A DNA stretch of 62,148 nucleotides, the filler included. It is 7 parts of 7 records of this genome, joined end to end, with 100 filler letters (N's around TTAATTAATTAA, not from the genome) between each part and the next. Parts side by side here need not be neighbours in the genome. Positions count along the whole stretch, not along the records: positions 16,063 to 26,544 come from SRR31147125_9132; positions 26,645 to 31,908 come from SRR31147125_9159; 5 more parts are not named here. The stretch is one strand, 5' to 3'. Each line of letters begins with the position of its first letter. Position 1 is the stretch's first letter. Under the pieces are notes generated by a model. That model had not been told where the DNA came from. It was given only the letters and a program-made list of their open reading frames with translations, and made no database searches. A program made the position numbers and the translations under genes. Shown here one piece after another: positions 20,546-32,008 of this stretch.

Positions 20546-21511
20546 TTATTTTTTAGAATTTTTGACCTGCTCCTCAATCCACTGGTAGGTTTTTGCCATG
20601 CCTTCTTTCAGAGGCTGGCTGGGTCGCCACCCCAGTTCCTCATGGATTAAACGATTATCCGAATTTCTTCCCCTAACCCCTAATGGACCGTCAATATGGA
20701 CTTTGCTCAGTTTTTTTCCAGCAGCGTCCATGGCCATATCAGCAAGCTGATTAATTGTAACCATCTCGTCAGATCCGATATTCACAGGCCCGGCCCAGTC
20801 GGACCGGGTCAAGCGTATGGTGCCTTCCAAGCATTCATCGACATATAAAAAAGACCGGGTTTGCTTACCGTCGCCCCAAATTTCAATCTCCCCGCCGTCT
20901 CTGGCCAAGGCAACCTTGCGGCACATGGCAGCAGGCGCTTTTTCGCGTCCCCCTTCCCAGGTACCCTCAATACCGAAAATATTGTGATACCGGGCAATCC
21001 TGACCTCCATGCCGTAATTTCTGTGGTAGGCCAGGTACAGTCGTTCGGAAAAAAGCTTTTCCCATCCATAGTCACTGTCCGGATTCGCCGGATAGGCAGA
21101 GGATTCTTCGCAGTTGGGATTGTCCGGATCCAATTGATTGTGCTCCGGGTATATGCAGGCAGAAGATGAATAAAAGACCCGCTTCACATTCCGCTTATGG
21201 CAAGCGTCCAGTACATTTAGATTCACAAGGCCGGAATTATGCATAATGGCCGCATCATTCTCTCCTGAAAAAACAAAGCCAGCCCCCATATCAGCCGCAA
21301 ACTGATAGACTTCGTCAAATTTTCTATCAATTGCCTCACGGCAGATATAGGGATCACGAAGATCCCCAATCATAAAATCATCGGCCTCGGTTTCTCCGAA
21401 TTCAGGGAATTTCAAATCAATTCCCCGGACCCAAAAACCTTCTTTTCTCAATCTTTTAACCATATGACTTCCGATGAAACCGCCTGCGCCACATACCAAT
21501 GCACTTTTCAT
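20546..21511 (-). CDS. NAD-dependent epimerase (GDP-mannose 3',5'-epimerase-like)
   Basis: GAGGFIGSH, YSSSACIYP, YGWEK, GGREKAPAA, GVRGRNSDN; RBS before 21511. Confidence 0.9.
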   Translation of the reverse strand: MKSALVCGAGGFIGSHMVKRLRKEGFWVRGIDLKFPEFGETEADDFMIGDLRDPYICREAIDRKFDEVYQFAADMGAGFVFSGENDAAIMHNSGLVNLNVLDACHKRNVKRVFYSSSACIYPEHNQLDPDNPNCEESSAYPANPDSDYGWEKLFSERLYLAYHRNYGMEVRIARYHNIFGIEGTWEGGREKAPAAMCRKVALARDGGEIEIWGDGKQTRSFLYVDECLEGTIRLTRSDWAGPVNIGSDEMVTINQLADMAMDAAGKKLSKVHIDGPLGVRGRNSDNRLIHEELGWRPSQPLKEGMAKTYQWIEEQVKNSKK

Positions 21512-21557
21512 AACAAACGCTCCTTTTGGCATTCTTCTATACCGAAATAAATAATTA

Positions 21558-21863
21558 TCAGATCTGAATCGCCTGTATTCTCAAGGCTGTGCGTCTCTTT
21601 AGGAAACACAGCCATGCAGCATCCCTCATAAAACTCCCAGTTCCTGTCATCCACCGTAAACCGCCCCGCCCCGACAAGACGAAAAAAATTTCATACATAT
21701 CGTCATGGTAATGCTCCGTTGTTTTTTGACTGGATTTTATGACAGATGTTGAAAAATTCGTAAGAAGGGGAATTAGCTTATTGTGAAGAACAACTTTTTT
21801 TAAAATCTGGGAGTCATGAGAAACGCCTTGCTCTTTAATTTCTTTTAAATCTACAAACTTCAT
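21558..21863 (-). CDS. cupin domain protein (C-terminus probably frameshifted)
   Basis: EHYHDDMYEIFFVLSGRG cupin motif 1. Confidence 0.7.
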   Translation of the reverse strand: MKFVDLKEIKEQGVSHDSQILKKVVLHNKLIPLLTNFSTSVIKSSQKTTEHYHDDMYEIFFVLSGRGGLRWMTGTGSFMRDAAWLCFLKRRTALRIQAIQI

Positions 21864-23055
21864 CTGGTATTCACAAGAATCTCCTCAAACTGATCGGTTA
21901 TTGTTTTTATATCAAAAGTCTTCTCCGCGTACTGTCTACCGCTTCCTGCCAGCCTTTCCCTCAGAGCTGAATCTCGGTATAGTTTTAGAGCCGCGTCAAT
22001 AAACCCTTGGGTATCTGAAGGCAGACAAGTCAGCCCCGTCTGGTTGCGGCTTACAATACGGGAAGCCAGATTTTCTTCAGGCACAGCCAGTAGCAGGGGC
22101 CGCCTTGTACAAAGACTGGTCAAAACCTTTGAAGGAACGGCAAACACACCTGCATCAGGCTCGAGTAGGGTAATAAGAACATCAGAAGCGGCCAGCACAT
22201 CCGGTAAAGATTCAAAAGACTGAAACGGGAGGAGGGTCAAATTATCTAAATCCTGCTCCTTTTTTTGCTTTTCAAGATACTCGGCACCAAGCCCTTCTGA
22301 GATCACAACTATCCTGACGCAGGCCTCGTTTTTAAATGCCTTTGCCAGCAGGACAAGAAGCTCTGGATTATGCTTCATGCCCAAGGTGCCCGAATAGATA
22401 AAATTAAAATTTGTATCTAAATCATGCTCAATGGCCCATGTGTTTCGTTTTTCCCGGACCGGCATTTCCTCCAATGGTGCCCAGTTATGAATGACATGAA
22501 TATTTTTTTCACAAACACCGGCATTACGAAGAACCGGTGAAAAATCCTCTGTAATGGCGATGACGCCATTGCTATTTCTTAGTATCTTGTTTTCCAGACG
22601 AATATAGTGGTTGCCGATCAGAGAGCCTGCAAAGGGTAGCTTTTTACTCACATTATTTTTTATGCCGACCCCTAACACATCCTGAAGCCAAAAATAGAAA
22701 TCTGCATTTATATTTTTACAGGCTTTTAACAGTATTTTTTGCGCCCCAATGGGGGTGTTGGCTGAAATGACAACATCAGGTTTAATGCGTTGGACAATTG
22801 ACTGCAAATGCCTGCCAAGTTCTTTTTCCTGCATAAAGCGACGGACCATTCCATAGCGCTCAAACGGCCGGGCCAAATAAACAGGCTCTATTTGAAAATG
22901 CGGGGGTCTTCCACCCTTCTCTGCAACGCTCCTCTGGGGGTCTGAAGATCCCCTGTGAAGGTATGAAGTACCTGATGCCCGCGTAAAGCCAAACTTCGAC
23001 TTAGTTGAACCTGGAATGGATGCCCGGCGTGATCATTGATAAGTATCCGCATCAT
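21860..23055 (-). CDS. glycosyltransferase family 4 (WcaI-like), apparent frameshift near 22890
   Basis: MRILINDHAGHPFQVQLSR in one frame; YSGTLGMKH, VPSKV in another. Confidence 0.85.
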
Positions 23056-23309
23056 CATAGTCTTTGCTCCATTTGGTTGATCCATTTATCCAAATCAAAC
23101 CTTTTACGGTCACATAGTTGCTCTAAATAAGAGTTTCAAATAGGCCCTTTTGATCAGAGCCTGATAAAAATTAATTTCAGAATTTCATTATTTTACTACC
23201 GTTTCAATGTCCCTTTCATGTCAAAATTTGGATTTCTATGAGTAATTCTCTTCTCGAATATTTTTTGATTGCCCGCATTTATCCCTGAAAAATCTCTTCC
23301 TACTGCTTC

Positions 23310-23560
23310 TTTTTCGAACCTTGATTCCTTTCAGGATATTGTAGGCGACCTGCCGAATCCAAATAGCGCGATTTTTTTTCGCTATGCTTTTAAATCAGGC
23401 TCTTTTACAACTATCGTACAGAGACTGTTTCTAAAATATTGCTCCACAATATAATGAACTTTGGAAATCCTTTTATTGCGATCCGTCCCAAGCTCGGTTA
23501 ATTTGGCTGTGGTTGTATCCTTTCTCATAATGCCGTCACCGAATTTATTCAAATTTAATA
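23310..23560 (-). pseudogene. IS5-family transposase 3' relic
   Basis: GIMRKDTTTAKLTE..RNKRISKVHYIVEQYF then, frameshifted with a stop, KRA*F...RQVAYNILKGIK. Confidence 0.6.
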
Positions 23561-23645
23561 ATTCTGTGTTCTCCTGTGTCAAACAGTGTCCCCAATTGCC
23601 CCCATCAGCGTCCAATTTTGCCCCCCCTAAAATTAAAAAAAATAT

Positions 23646-23860
23646 GTAAGCGTTCACGGGAGGAGGCCTTCTATACTAAATCCAACTTAAATCGGGTTGG
23701 GACTTTTGAAAGAAAGATTTTATACAGTTGACCAAAACAGGAAGAAACGTTTCTGTGGCATTCAGGCGGCAGGTCTCCCGCAATGAAAGAATTCTCTTTA
23801 CCCATCGATTGCTTATACCCTGTGAATGCTTACTAATTTGCTATCAGTTTTTTAGTTCCG
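23646..23860 (-). mobile_element. IS66-family (ISBst12-like) right-end relic
   Basis: Terminal GTAAGCGTTCACGG at 23646; degraded NRWV.RILSLRETCRL...PVLV...QPDLSWI* transposase C-terminus. Confidence 0.65.
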
Positions 23861-23970
23861 TGAGTCTTAAAAGTTTTGTTCATAAAACCTTATAGGTAAT
23901 TTCAGTTGGGTACAACAACACTGCCGTCCTGTGAATGGATACGCCATATTGGTCCCGACATTCGCTAGTA

Positions 23971-25035
23971 TCAAACGACCCTCTTAAGCCAATTTATTAG
24001 ATTATTCTGCAAGTTATTCAAATATTCGATATCTAAAGTCACTAATTCTTTTTTTATTTGGGAAATACCGACAGCCTCAAAAAGATGAGAACGAGGACTT
24101 GGTGTAAAAAGCATTGCAGGTTTTCCGAATGCGAGAGATGCTACACAGGCATGTACTCTATCTGAAAGAGTAAAATCGGTATTCGCATATATATGTAAGT
24201 AGGTCCACGGTTCATCAGAAGCCATTGCATTTGGGTGACGATATATTTTATAAGTCATATGGGGAAAATAACGGTGTTCAGTTCTTACTATGAACCAGTC
24301 CCTAAATTTTGCATCTAATTTCCTATTATCAAGAAGATCTCCTATATAAGACCAAATTTTCGACCGATGGGAAGCCCAATTTTGGAACCTAGGAATTCCA
24401 AGATACACATCCTGACCTTTTACCGAAATATGCTTTTCCAAAAAATATTTTTTATTTATGGGGTCTTCTGATATTTTTGGCTCAGGGAATCTGTCAAAAT
24501 TAGAAACAAGATATTGTTTTCCTTTTAATTTTGCAGGATCGAACAAGCGGTTAACGAAAAAACCACTATCGATACCACTATATTTGGGTACTGTTGGAAG
24601 CCAGTCCCTTAAAATCTCAAAAGTTATAGAGTCTCTTGTGGCAATTAAGTGAGGAGGATATTCTTCCAAAAAGCTTCTAACTGATTTAATTTCTGCATCC
24701 GAAAATTTAAAAAAGGCACAACTCAATAAAATGACTTTTGTTTTATTTCTTTTAAATTTCGAGAAAGTTTTTTCCCAATTAGCCCTCATCCAACTATTCA
24801 AAACAGGCCCCTGTAAAACAATATAATCTAAATCAAGCCATGTCGCAAAATCTATATAATTTTTTGGATTTCCATTGAGTTTGTTATGAAGTGTCCTGTA
24901 GCCTGGTTGGTCCTGTAATAAATAAATTCTTTCCCCGAAAACGGACTTTAAAATATATTCCCCGCCAATATTAAAAAATGCGTTCCCTACATTTTGGGCC
25001 CATTGTCCGTTCACTAATGCAATTGAGGTTGGCAT
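23971..25035 (-). CDS. polysaccharide pyruvyl transferase family protein
   Basis: NVGN, IATRDSIT, SDRVHACVASLAFGKP. Confidence 0.8.
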   Translation of the reverse strand: MPTSIALVNGQWAQNVGNAFFNIGGEYILKSVFGERIYLLQDQPGYRTLHNKLNGNPKNYIDFATWLDLDYIVLQGPVLNSWMRANWEKTFSKFKRNKTKVILLSCAFFKFSDAEIKSVRSFLEEYPPHLIATRDSITFEILRDWLPTVPKYSGIDSGFFVNRLFDPAKLKGKQYLVSNFDRFPEPKISEDPINKKYFLEKHISVKGQDVYLGIPRFQNWASHRSKIWSYIGDLLDNRKLDAKFRDWFIVRTEHRYFPHMTYKIYRHPNAMASDEPWTYLHIYANTDFTLSDRVHACVASLAFGKPAMLFTPSPRSHLFEAVGISQIKKELVTLDIEYLNNLQNNLINWLKRVV

Positions 25036-25089
25036 AAAAATTCCTTTATAATATTGTATGGTTTCTATTACTATAGAAGATTAAAAAAA

Positions 25090-26238
25090 TTATTCTGTTT
25101 TCGTGTTCACTTCACTATGAGTTTTATGGTTTAAAAAAGTTTTAAACATATTATTTTGAGTTTCGACCACTTTATTTTTTAAATTTTGAATTATAGCCTG
25201 CCGCGTCAATCTTAATTCTGGGAAAAGAATATAATTTTCTATTTTTGCAACAAACTCTTCAATTTGACACGAAGCACCAATCCCTGCAACTTGTGTAGAA
25301 ATTGTTCCTAATTGAGATCCTAAGGAGAACACACCCCTCGCTGCAGCCTCATAAATAACAAGAGGCTGTGCTTCATTTGGATATTCAGAAGGAAAAATAA
25401 AAAGGTCAAGGTTATCAAAAAAATCCCACTTCTTTGCACCATACAATGCGCCTACTAAATGGAAATTATCGTTAACAGTATCCAATTTTTTAAGCTCAGA
25501 CAGCAAAAGATCATCATTACATGGCCCAGCGCAAATCATATTAAAGTCTAAACCAAGTTTCTTAAGACCTTGAAATATGGTAATTATATTATAACCTCCC
25601 TTACTTTCAGTAATATTCGAAAGATAACCAATCCTAATCGTAGAATTTTTATTTTCAACTAAGTTGGTTGAAATTTTATTTTTATAAATTATTGAATTAT
25701 CAAAATATATTGAGTTGCTTTTCTTAGGATACTTTACATAGAAATCGTTCGCCATTTTCTTACTTAAAAAAATGTGTTTCACCTCTAAATTGTTAATCTT
25801 CGCCATCAAAGGAGAAAAATTATTAATATATGAATATACATGGTGATGCAAAAAAACTTCAAATCCTAAGTGAACAGCCAAAAATGCAATGAAAAAAGTA
25901 AAAAATAATCCTATAGAAGATTCCGATACTATATATAAGGCTTTATATCCCTTAAACCTACTGACTATTAAAAACAAACTGCCGAGTACCAATAATTTGA
26001 AATATTTCTCTAATCGCCAAAATTTAGTTTGCTTTGATATGCTACAATCCTTGACTTTCAAAAAAGTTTTAAAATATTTGAGGTAATGAATAGTTACATT
26101 AGTCATTCCTGTAATAGGTGGAGGAACTACAGCCAAAAAAAGAATTTTTGTAGACTGGCTCATTGTTTGGCAATACTCTCTTGTAGATAAACGGCGGTGA
26201 ACTCCGACATTATTTGCTGTTTTCATTTTTTTGTACAT
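25090..26238 (-). CDS. glycosyltransferase family 4 (start possibly 26163)
   Basis: PPPITG, GYLSNITESKG, FIFPSEYPNEAQPLVIYEA. Confidence 0.85.
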   Translation of the reverse strand: MYKKMKTANNVGVHRRLSTREYCQTMSQSTKILFLAVVPPPITGMTNVTIHYLKYFKTFLKVKDCSISKQTKFWRLEKYFKLLVLGSLFLIVSRFKGYKALYIVSESSIGLFFTFFIAFLAVHLGFEVFLHHHVYSYINNFSPLMAKINNLEVKHIFLSKKMANDFYVKYPKKSNSIYFDNSIIYKNKISTNLVENKNSTIRIGYLSNITESKGGYNIITIFQGLKKLGLDFNMICAGPCNDDLLLSELKKLDTVNDNFHLVGALYGAKKWDFFDNLDLFIFPSEYPNEAQPLVIYEAAARGVFSLGSQLGTISTQVAGIGASCQIEEFVAKIENYILFPELRLTRQAIIQNLKNKVVETQNNMFKTFLNHKTHSEVNTKTE

Positions 26239-26544
26239 CGATTATCCTCTTTTATAAATGAGAGCTTTTAATAACACTCATTTAAGACTGCTATAGTTTT
26301 CGATCCCGCCGATCCTTTTCAAGGATAGTTAAAAAAATGGGCTCGATAAGCGTCCGAGACCTAAGATTTTTGCACGAAAGCTATACTCATTAGAGACCTT
26401 ATAATCTGAGGACTGTTCCGGTTTTTTTGCCACTTTCCTCTATAACTCGAGGATAAACCACTCATAGTTGAGAAGCTTTACCCTTGTACCGAATTTAATT
26501 AACCTGGAACAGCCATAATGGACCCCAGAATTTGAACCAGTTGC

Positions 26545-26644
26545 NNNNNNNNNNNNNNNNNNNNNNNNNNNNNNNNNNNNNNNNNNNNTTAATTAATTAA
26601 NNNNNNNNNNNNNNNNNNNNNNNNNNNNNNNNNNNNNNNNNNNN
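26545..26644. other. artificial contig spacer
   Basis: N-run with TTAATTAATTAA. Confidence 0.99.
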
Positions 26645-29600
26645 TCTTATCTCGTGACTCATATTAGCTAAGAACTCACCTTTAGCCTTTGTTGAAGCTT
26701 CGGCAATCTCTTTTTCTATTTTATATTTGTCTGCCAACTTTTTCTTGGTGATATCTTTGACAGTTCCTTCGATATATTGGACTTCACCAGCTTGATTAGT
26801 TACAAGTCTTGCATTCATCGAAACATTGATAATAGTCTTATTTTTGCAGTAGCAAGCAAATTCGAAATTTTTAACATTATTTTTAGCGTTTAGTTGTGTT
26901 AAAAATTCATCTCTTTTGATAGAATCTACATAGATCTCTTCTTTTAAATTTTTAATGTTTTCTATAGCATCTTCGGGAGAATCATATTTGAAAATAGAGG
27001 CGCAGGCTTGATTTGTAATCAAGATCTGTCCATTAATATCCGAACGAAATATACCTATTCCTGTATTTTCAAAAATGTTTCTATATTGTCTTTCAGACTC
27101 TGCGAGCTCATCATAGAGTTTTGCATTTTCGATAGAGATAGCTGCTTGTACAGATAGCATTTTTAATGTTTCTATTTTTTCAGCATTAAAAACATTTGTA
27201 GTTAGATTATTTTCTAAATAGAGAATTCCGATTATTCTTCCTTGATTTAGCAGAGGCAGGCAGAGTATAGATTTACAGTTATTATCTTTAATATATTTGT
27301 CACTTTCAACTTCCTTTGTATGAATGGCATTATCAATTGTAACTAGTTCCTTTGTGTTTAAGACATATCTGATTATAGATAGTGGCAGTATAAAGGTAGA
27401 ATCTTCTGAAAACAGAAAAGTTTTATTATTAACTATTTCCACTTTCCTATTTTTTACTTTAGCTATATTTTCAATTATCCAAGTGTTTTTTTTAGGAAGA
27501 ATCAAACAGCCCTTTCTAGCTCCTGCATTTTCTATAACAAGGGTCATAATATTATTTATTAGAGTTTTTAGACTTGTTTCCCCCGTTATAGTTTGAAAAG
27601 CCTTCTGTTTAGAGATAAAATCTAAAATGTTAGCAGATTTAGAAGTAGTACTGACATCACTAAGTGTAGTGGCTTGGATAGTTCTGTTGTTTATTGATAT
27701 TTTACTAGAAAAAAATTGTGGGTATTTATTTTCTAACTGTCTAAGTTTTTGAATGGCTCCCCATTCAGAAAATGTGTCATAAGCTTTATTGAGATACATT
27801 TGGGCTATATCTTCATTTTTATGTTCAAGCCAAAATTTACCATATAGTTCATAAGATTGTGCTATTTCAATGTATGAATTAAGTTCTATGGATTTTTCAA
27901 TAGCTTTTTTATAATGATAGTTAGCTTGTTCAAATTTATTATTTAGTTTATTTAATTCAGCTTCTACTAAATGCCATTTATTTATGAAGTTGTCAGGGTA
28001 GCTGTTTACCCACACTTTCATTTGAGTTTGATTTTTTTCAACTACTTTTAAATACTTATCTATATCTGTAGCGGAACAGTTTGGACAAACTACCAGTCTA
28101 CTTAATGAAGAATATAGATTATGAGTAATGAGATAAATAGGTTCAATAAACGAGATATCGTATTTTTCTAATGTAATATCATTTTCTACAGCTTCTTCAT
28201 ATTGTTCATATAAATAACAAATATACATTTTTATCATATGGAAATTAATTATTCCAGCTGTATTATCTTTTATTATTTGAAGAAATATTTCTTCATTCAT
28301 TTCTTTAAATATTAACTTCCAAGGCTCAAATTCTTTATAACATAAAGAATTTATAAATGCTGATAAACCCACAAATGAATTTAGAACTGTTTCATTATTT
28401 AATTGAATTAAGTGTTTTTTCTTAATTTTTACTTGTGTCTCTATTTTTGAAAGCATAACACCCGTATAAAGGGAATAAACCGTTTGACTAAGAAGATTCC
28501 AACCAGCAAACTCATAGTTACCATTTTCTAAACCAGCTTTATAACCGTTTTTTAATCCTGTAATATAATTACTAAGAGGTTCTTTCCAAAGGTAATTAAA
28601 AGAGTAGAACAGAAAATAATTTTGCGATTTACCATCCTTAAATTCAATTTTTTCTGATAATCTGATTCCCAATTTACCAAATTCATAACATTTCGAATAA
28701 TCTTTTTTAATTATACTATGAAGCACACCGTAGATAAAATAAGTATTTGAGTTTTTATAATTTCCATACTGTGCTGAGATTTGTACTAACTTCATTGCAA
28801 GAAAATACATTAAATATGGACTTGTAAGATAGCAGGAGGTCATTACATGATAAAAAATAGTTCCCATTGCTAAATATTTTTTATTTGTTGTAATTGGAAG
28901 ATTATATAAATCTTCAATAGTTTTATTTTTCAATAGTTCTTCTGTTTTATAGAACTCTTCAATAAGAATTTTTTTATTAATATCTTCTGGAATTTCCATT
29001 CCTAACTCTTTTAAAATTTTTATTGAATTTTTCACAGATTCTAGTAGTTGATAATGAGCAATCTGTTTCTTGATAATTATTTCATATACGGGAATAATGT
29101 CATAAATACTTCTATTGTTATCCATAATTATTTCTGATAGTTCGTCAATTCTATCGTAATTTAAGGTATAATGTGCGGATTTTAGTGCTAGTATATACAG
29201 CTCCAAAGTTACTTCATAATTATTTTCCCATGAATTCTCAGGAGTTACAGTTAGAGCTGTTTCAAAATATCTGCTGGCAGGTTCATAGGCACTTGAATCA
29301 ATAGCTTTTTTTCCTGCTTGAATATTTAGCTCAAATATAGTTCTATTTTCTTTAACAGAGATTAGTTCATCTTTTCCTCGATTATAGTGATTAACTATTC
29401 TGAAAATATCCTTATTATTTTTATATTCTTTCCTGTTTGCTAATAGGAGTCTCGCAATAGTGAGGTGAAGTTTTTTCTTGTCCTTTTCATTTATCAGTGA
29501 ATATGAAGCCTGCTGAACCTTATCATGAATAAAAGCATAATTTGGATTTACAGTAAAGTACTTGAAATCAGTTTCACTTCTTGCGTATTTGTATTCTTCA

Positions 29601-31639
29601 TCTTTTGGTTCAATTAGTCCCTCTTTTAGAAGAGTCCATACTTCATCTGAAGTTTCTTTCAAAGATTTTTCATACACTAGGGATAAAGTATTTAGGTCAA
29701 ATGTATTTCCGATACAAGAGGCTAGTTGAATAACTTTCTGGTTTTCACTTGATAGCTTTTCAATTTTTTGAAACATTATGTCTACGACGTTTTCAGTAAC
29801 TTTATATACTTTCAAAAGTTCTTTGTTGAACTCCCAAACTCCCAAATCAAAATTTAATGAAATAACAGAATCATTATACAAAGAGAGAAGTAACTGCTTG
29901 AGAAAAAAAGGATTTCCATTAGTTTTTTTCACACAAACCTCTGCAAAATTTCTAATATTTTCGTTTTTACTTAGGAAAGTATCATTTATTAAATTGAGTG
30001 TGTTGTCAAAGTTCAAAGGATTTAAATGAATGGTATCGATAATTTCATATTGATGATCTTCTTTCAAAAAGTTTAATTGCGCATTCATCTTTTTAATTTC
30101 ATTGATAGTTAGTGTTAATGGATGAATTTCATTTACTTCATTATCTCTGTATGCACCGATAAGCAGTAAACCTTTTGTTGCTTGGTCACTTATAATATGT
30201 TCGATTAGTTTTAATGAAGCAAAGTCTGCCCATTGCAAATCATCGAGGAAAATTACAAGAGGTGATTCAGTATTCCCCAGTGCCCGAATAAAGCTTTGTA
30301 TAGCCATAGTAAATCTATTTTTAGTTTCATCCAATCCTAACTTAGATAATTCAGGCTGTTTACCTATTAATAACTCCAATTCAGGGATAAGTTTTATAAT
30401 AATCTGCCCATTGTTTCCTAGTTCGTTGATTAATCTATTTTTCCAATTTTCGCTAAGCTTTTTATCCTCCGATAAGATTTGTTTAATCAATTTTGAGATA
30501 GCATTTATAAATGCTGAGTATGGAATATCCCTTTTAAATTGGTCAAATTTTCCCTGTACAAAATATCCATTGTTTTTAACAATAGGTTTGTAGATTTCAT
30601 TAACCAGTGCCGATTTACCAATTCCAGAATATCCGCTTACAAGTAGAAGTTTCTTTTCTTCCTCTTTTGTCTTGTTGAATGCTCTAATTAGAGATTCAAT
30701 CTCTTTTTCTCGGCCATAAAGTTTTTCTGGAATGTGAAATTGTTGAGGGACATCTTTTTGAGCTAAAACAAAGCTTTCCGCGCTCTTTCCATTTAGAATT
30801 TTAAAACATTCAAGTAAATCATGATTAATACCAAAAGAGCTTTGATATCTATCTTCTGGTGATTTAGCCATTAATTTAGTTATAATATCAGACAGCATAT
30901 TATAAACTTTTATTTCTATTTCACTTTTCCAATTATTGTTGTGAGAATTGGAAATAGAAGAAGCTTCAAGAGCCACATGACTGTGAACTAGCTCGATAAC
31001 ACCTTCTTTTTCAAAAGGAAAATGACCGCTTAGAAGCCTGTAGAAAGTAACGCCTAATGAATAAAAATCACTTCTATAATCCAAACTTCTATTCATTCTA
31101 CCAGTCTGTTCAGGTGAAATATACTTCAGAGTTCCCTCTAAAGTATGCATGTTTTCAACTTCTAAATTCTCATGAGAAAGTTCACTTGAAATTCCGAAAT
31201 CTATAATTTTTATTTCGTTACTTTCTTGATTCCAGACTATATTTGATAAATTAATATCTTTATGAACAATCTGTTTTTCATGGATTTTTGAAATACCATC
31301 AATAACAGATAATGCTATTTTGAAAAACTGCTTAGGAGTAGCTGATTTATCTTTAAAAATAATATCAAGTGACTTAGCATTAAAATCCTCCATAACTATA
31401 GCCAAAGTGTCTTTTATTTGTTTTAGCTCATAAACTGTAATAATTCCGTGATGTTCAAAAGAGTTTGTTATAAAAAATTCATGTTGAAAACGTCCTCTTT
31501 CTTTTTCTTTTAATAAGCTTCTGTTCAATATTTTTAGAATGATATTTTCGGAATCTCTTTTACGAATACCTTTATAAATCAAAGAATTACTGCTTTCATA
31601 AATCGTTTCCCTTAACTCATATCCCTTAATGTTATACAT
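26645..31639 (-). CDS. hybrid Ser/Thr kinase-AAA ATPase-TPR-like-GAF-PAS-histidine kinase, 3' truncated
   Basis: HKDINLSN, IDFG, YISPEQTGR; GYSGIGKS; FLDDLQWAD; GAF YLENN; PAS; FLANMSHEIR H-box at contig end. Confidence 0.93.
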
Positions 31640-31908
31640 ATTCCCTCCAATCGCAGCAATATTTAAAAATCCCTCTATTATAATGATATCTCATAAATAA
31701 AATATTCTCAAAAAATTTATTTTTGAGTTATAATTGTAAAGAGAAGATTGATTGTTAATAGCTCGATATTTATAGTATTGAAAGGGGAAACGATGCACAA
31801 TAATAAAGAGATAGAATTTTGTGTTGATAAAATTTGCCTATTTACAAAGCTGGCTAAATCATTATCAGTAGTGGATAATCGAAGATGCCTTGAAAATATA
31901 GAATTTTT

Positions 31909-32008
31909 NNNNNNNNNNNNNNNNNNNNNNNNNNNNNNNNNNNNNNNNNNNNTTAATTAATTAANNNNNNNNNNNNNNNNNNNNNNNNNNNNNNNNNNNN
32001 NNNNNNNN
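31909..32008. other. artificial contig spacer
   Basis: N-run with TTAATTAATTAA. Confidence 0.99.

Noticed and set aside
21280-21300. Epimerase motif ADMGAGF lacking one Gly versus the usual ADMGGAG
   Set aside because: Falls in a G/C homopolymer run; likely a read error or trivial variant.
26240-26544. Possible partial CDS at the contig end
   Set aside because: All minus-strand frames are interrupted by stops and no family is recognisable.
31748-31908. Short plus-strand ORF at the contig end
   Set aside because: Too short and truncated to support a call.
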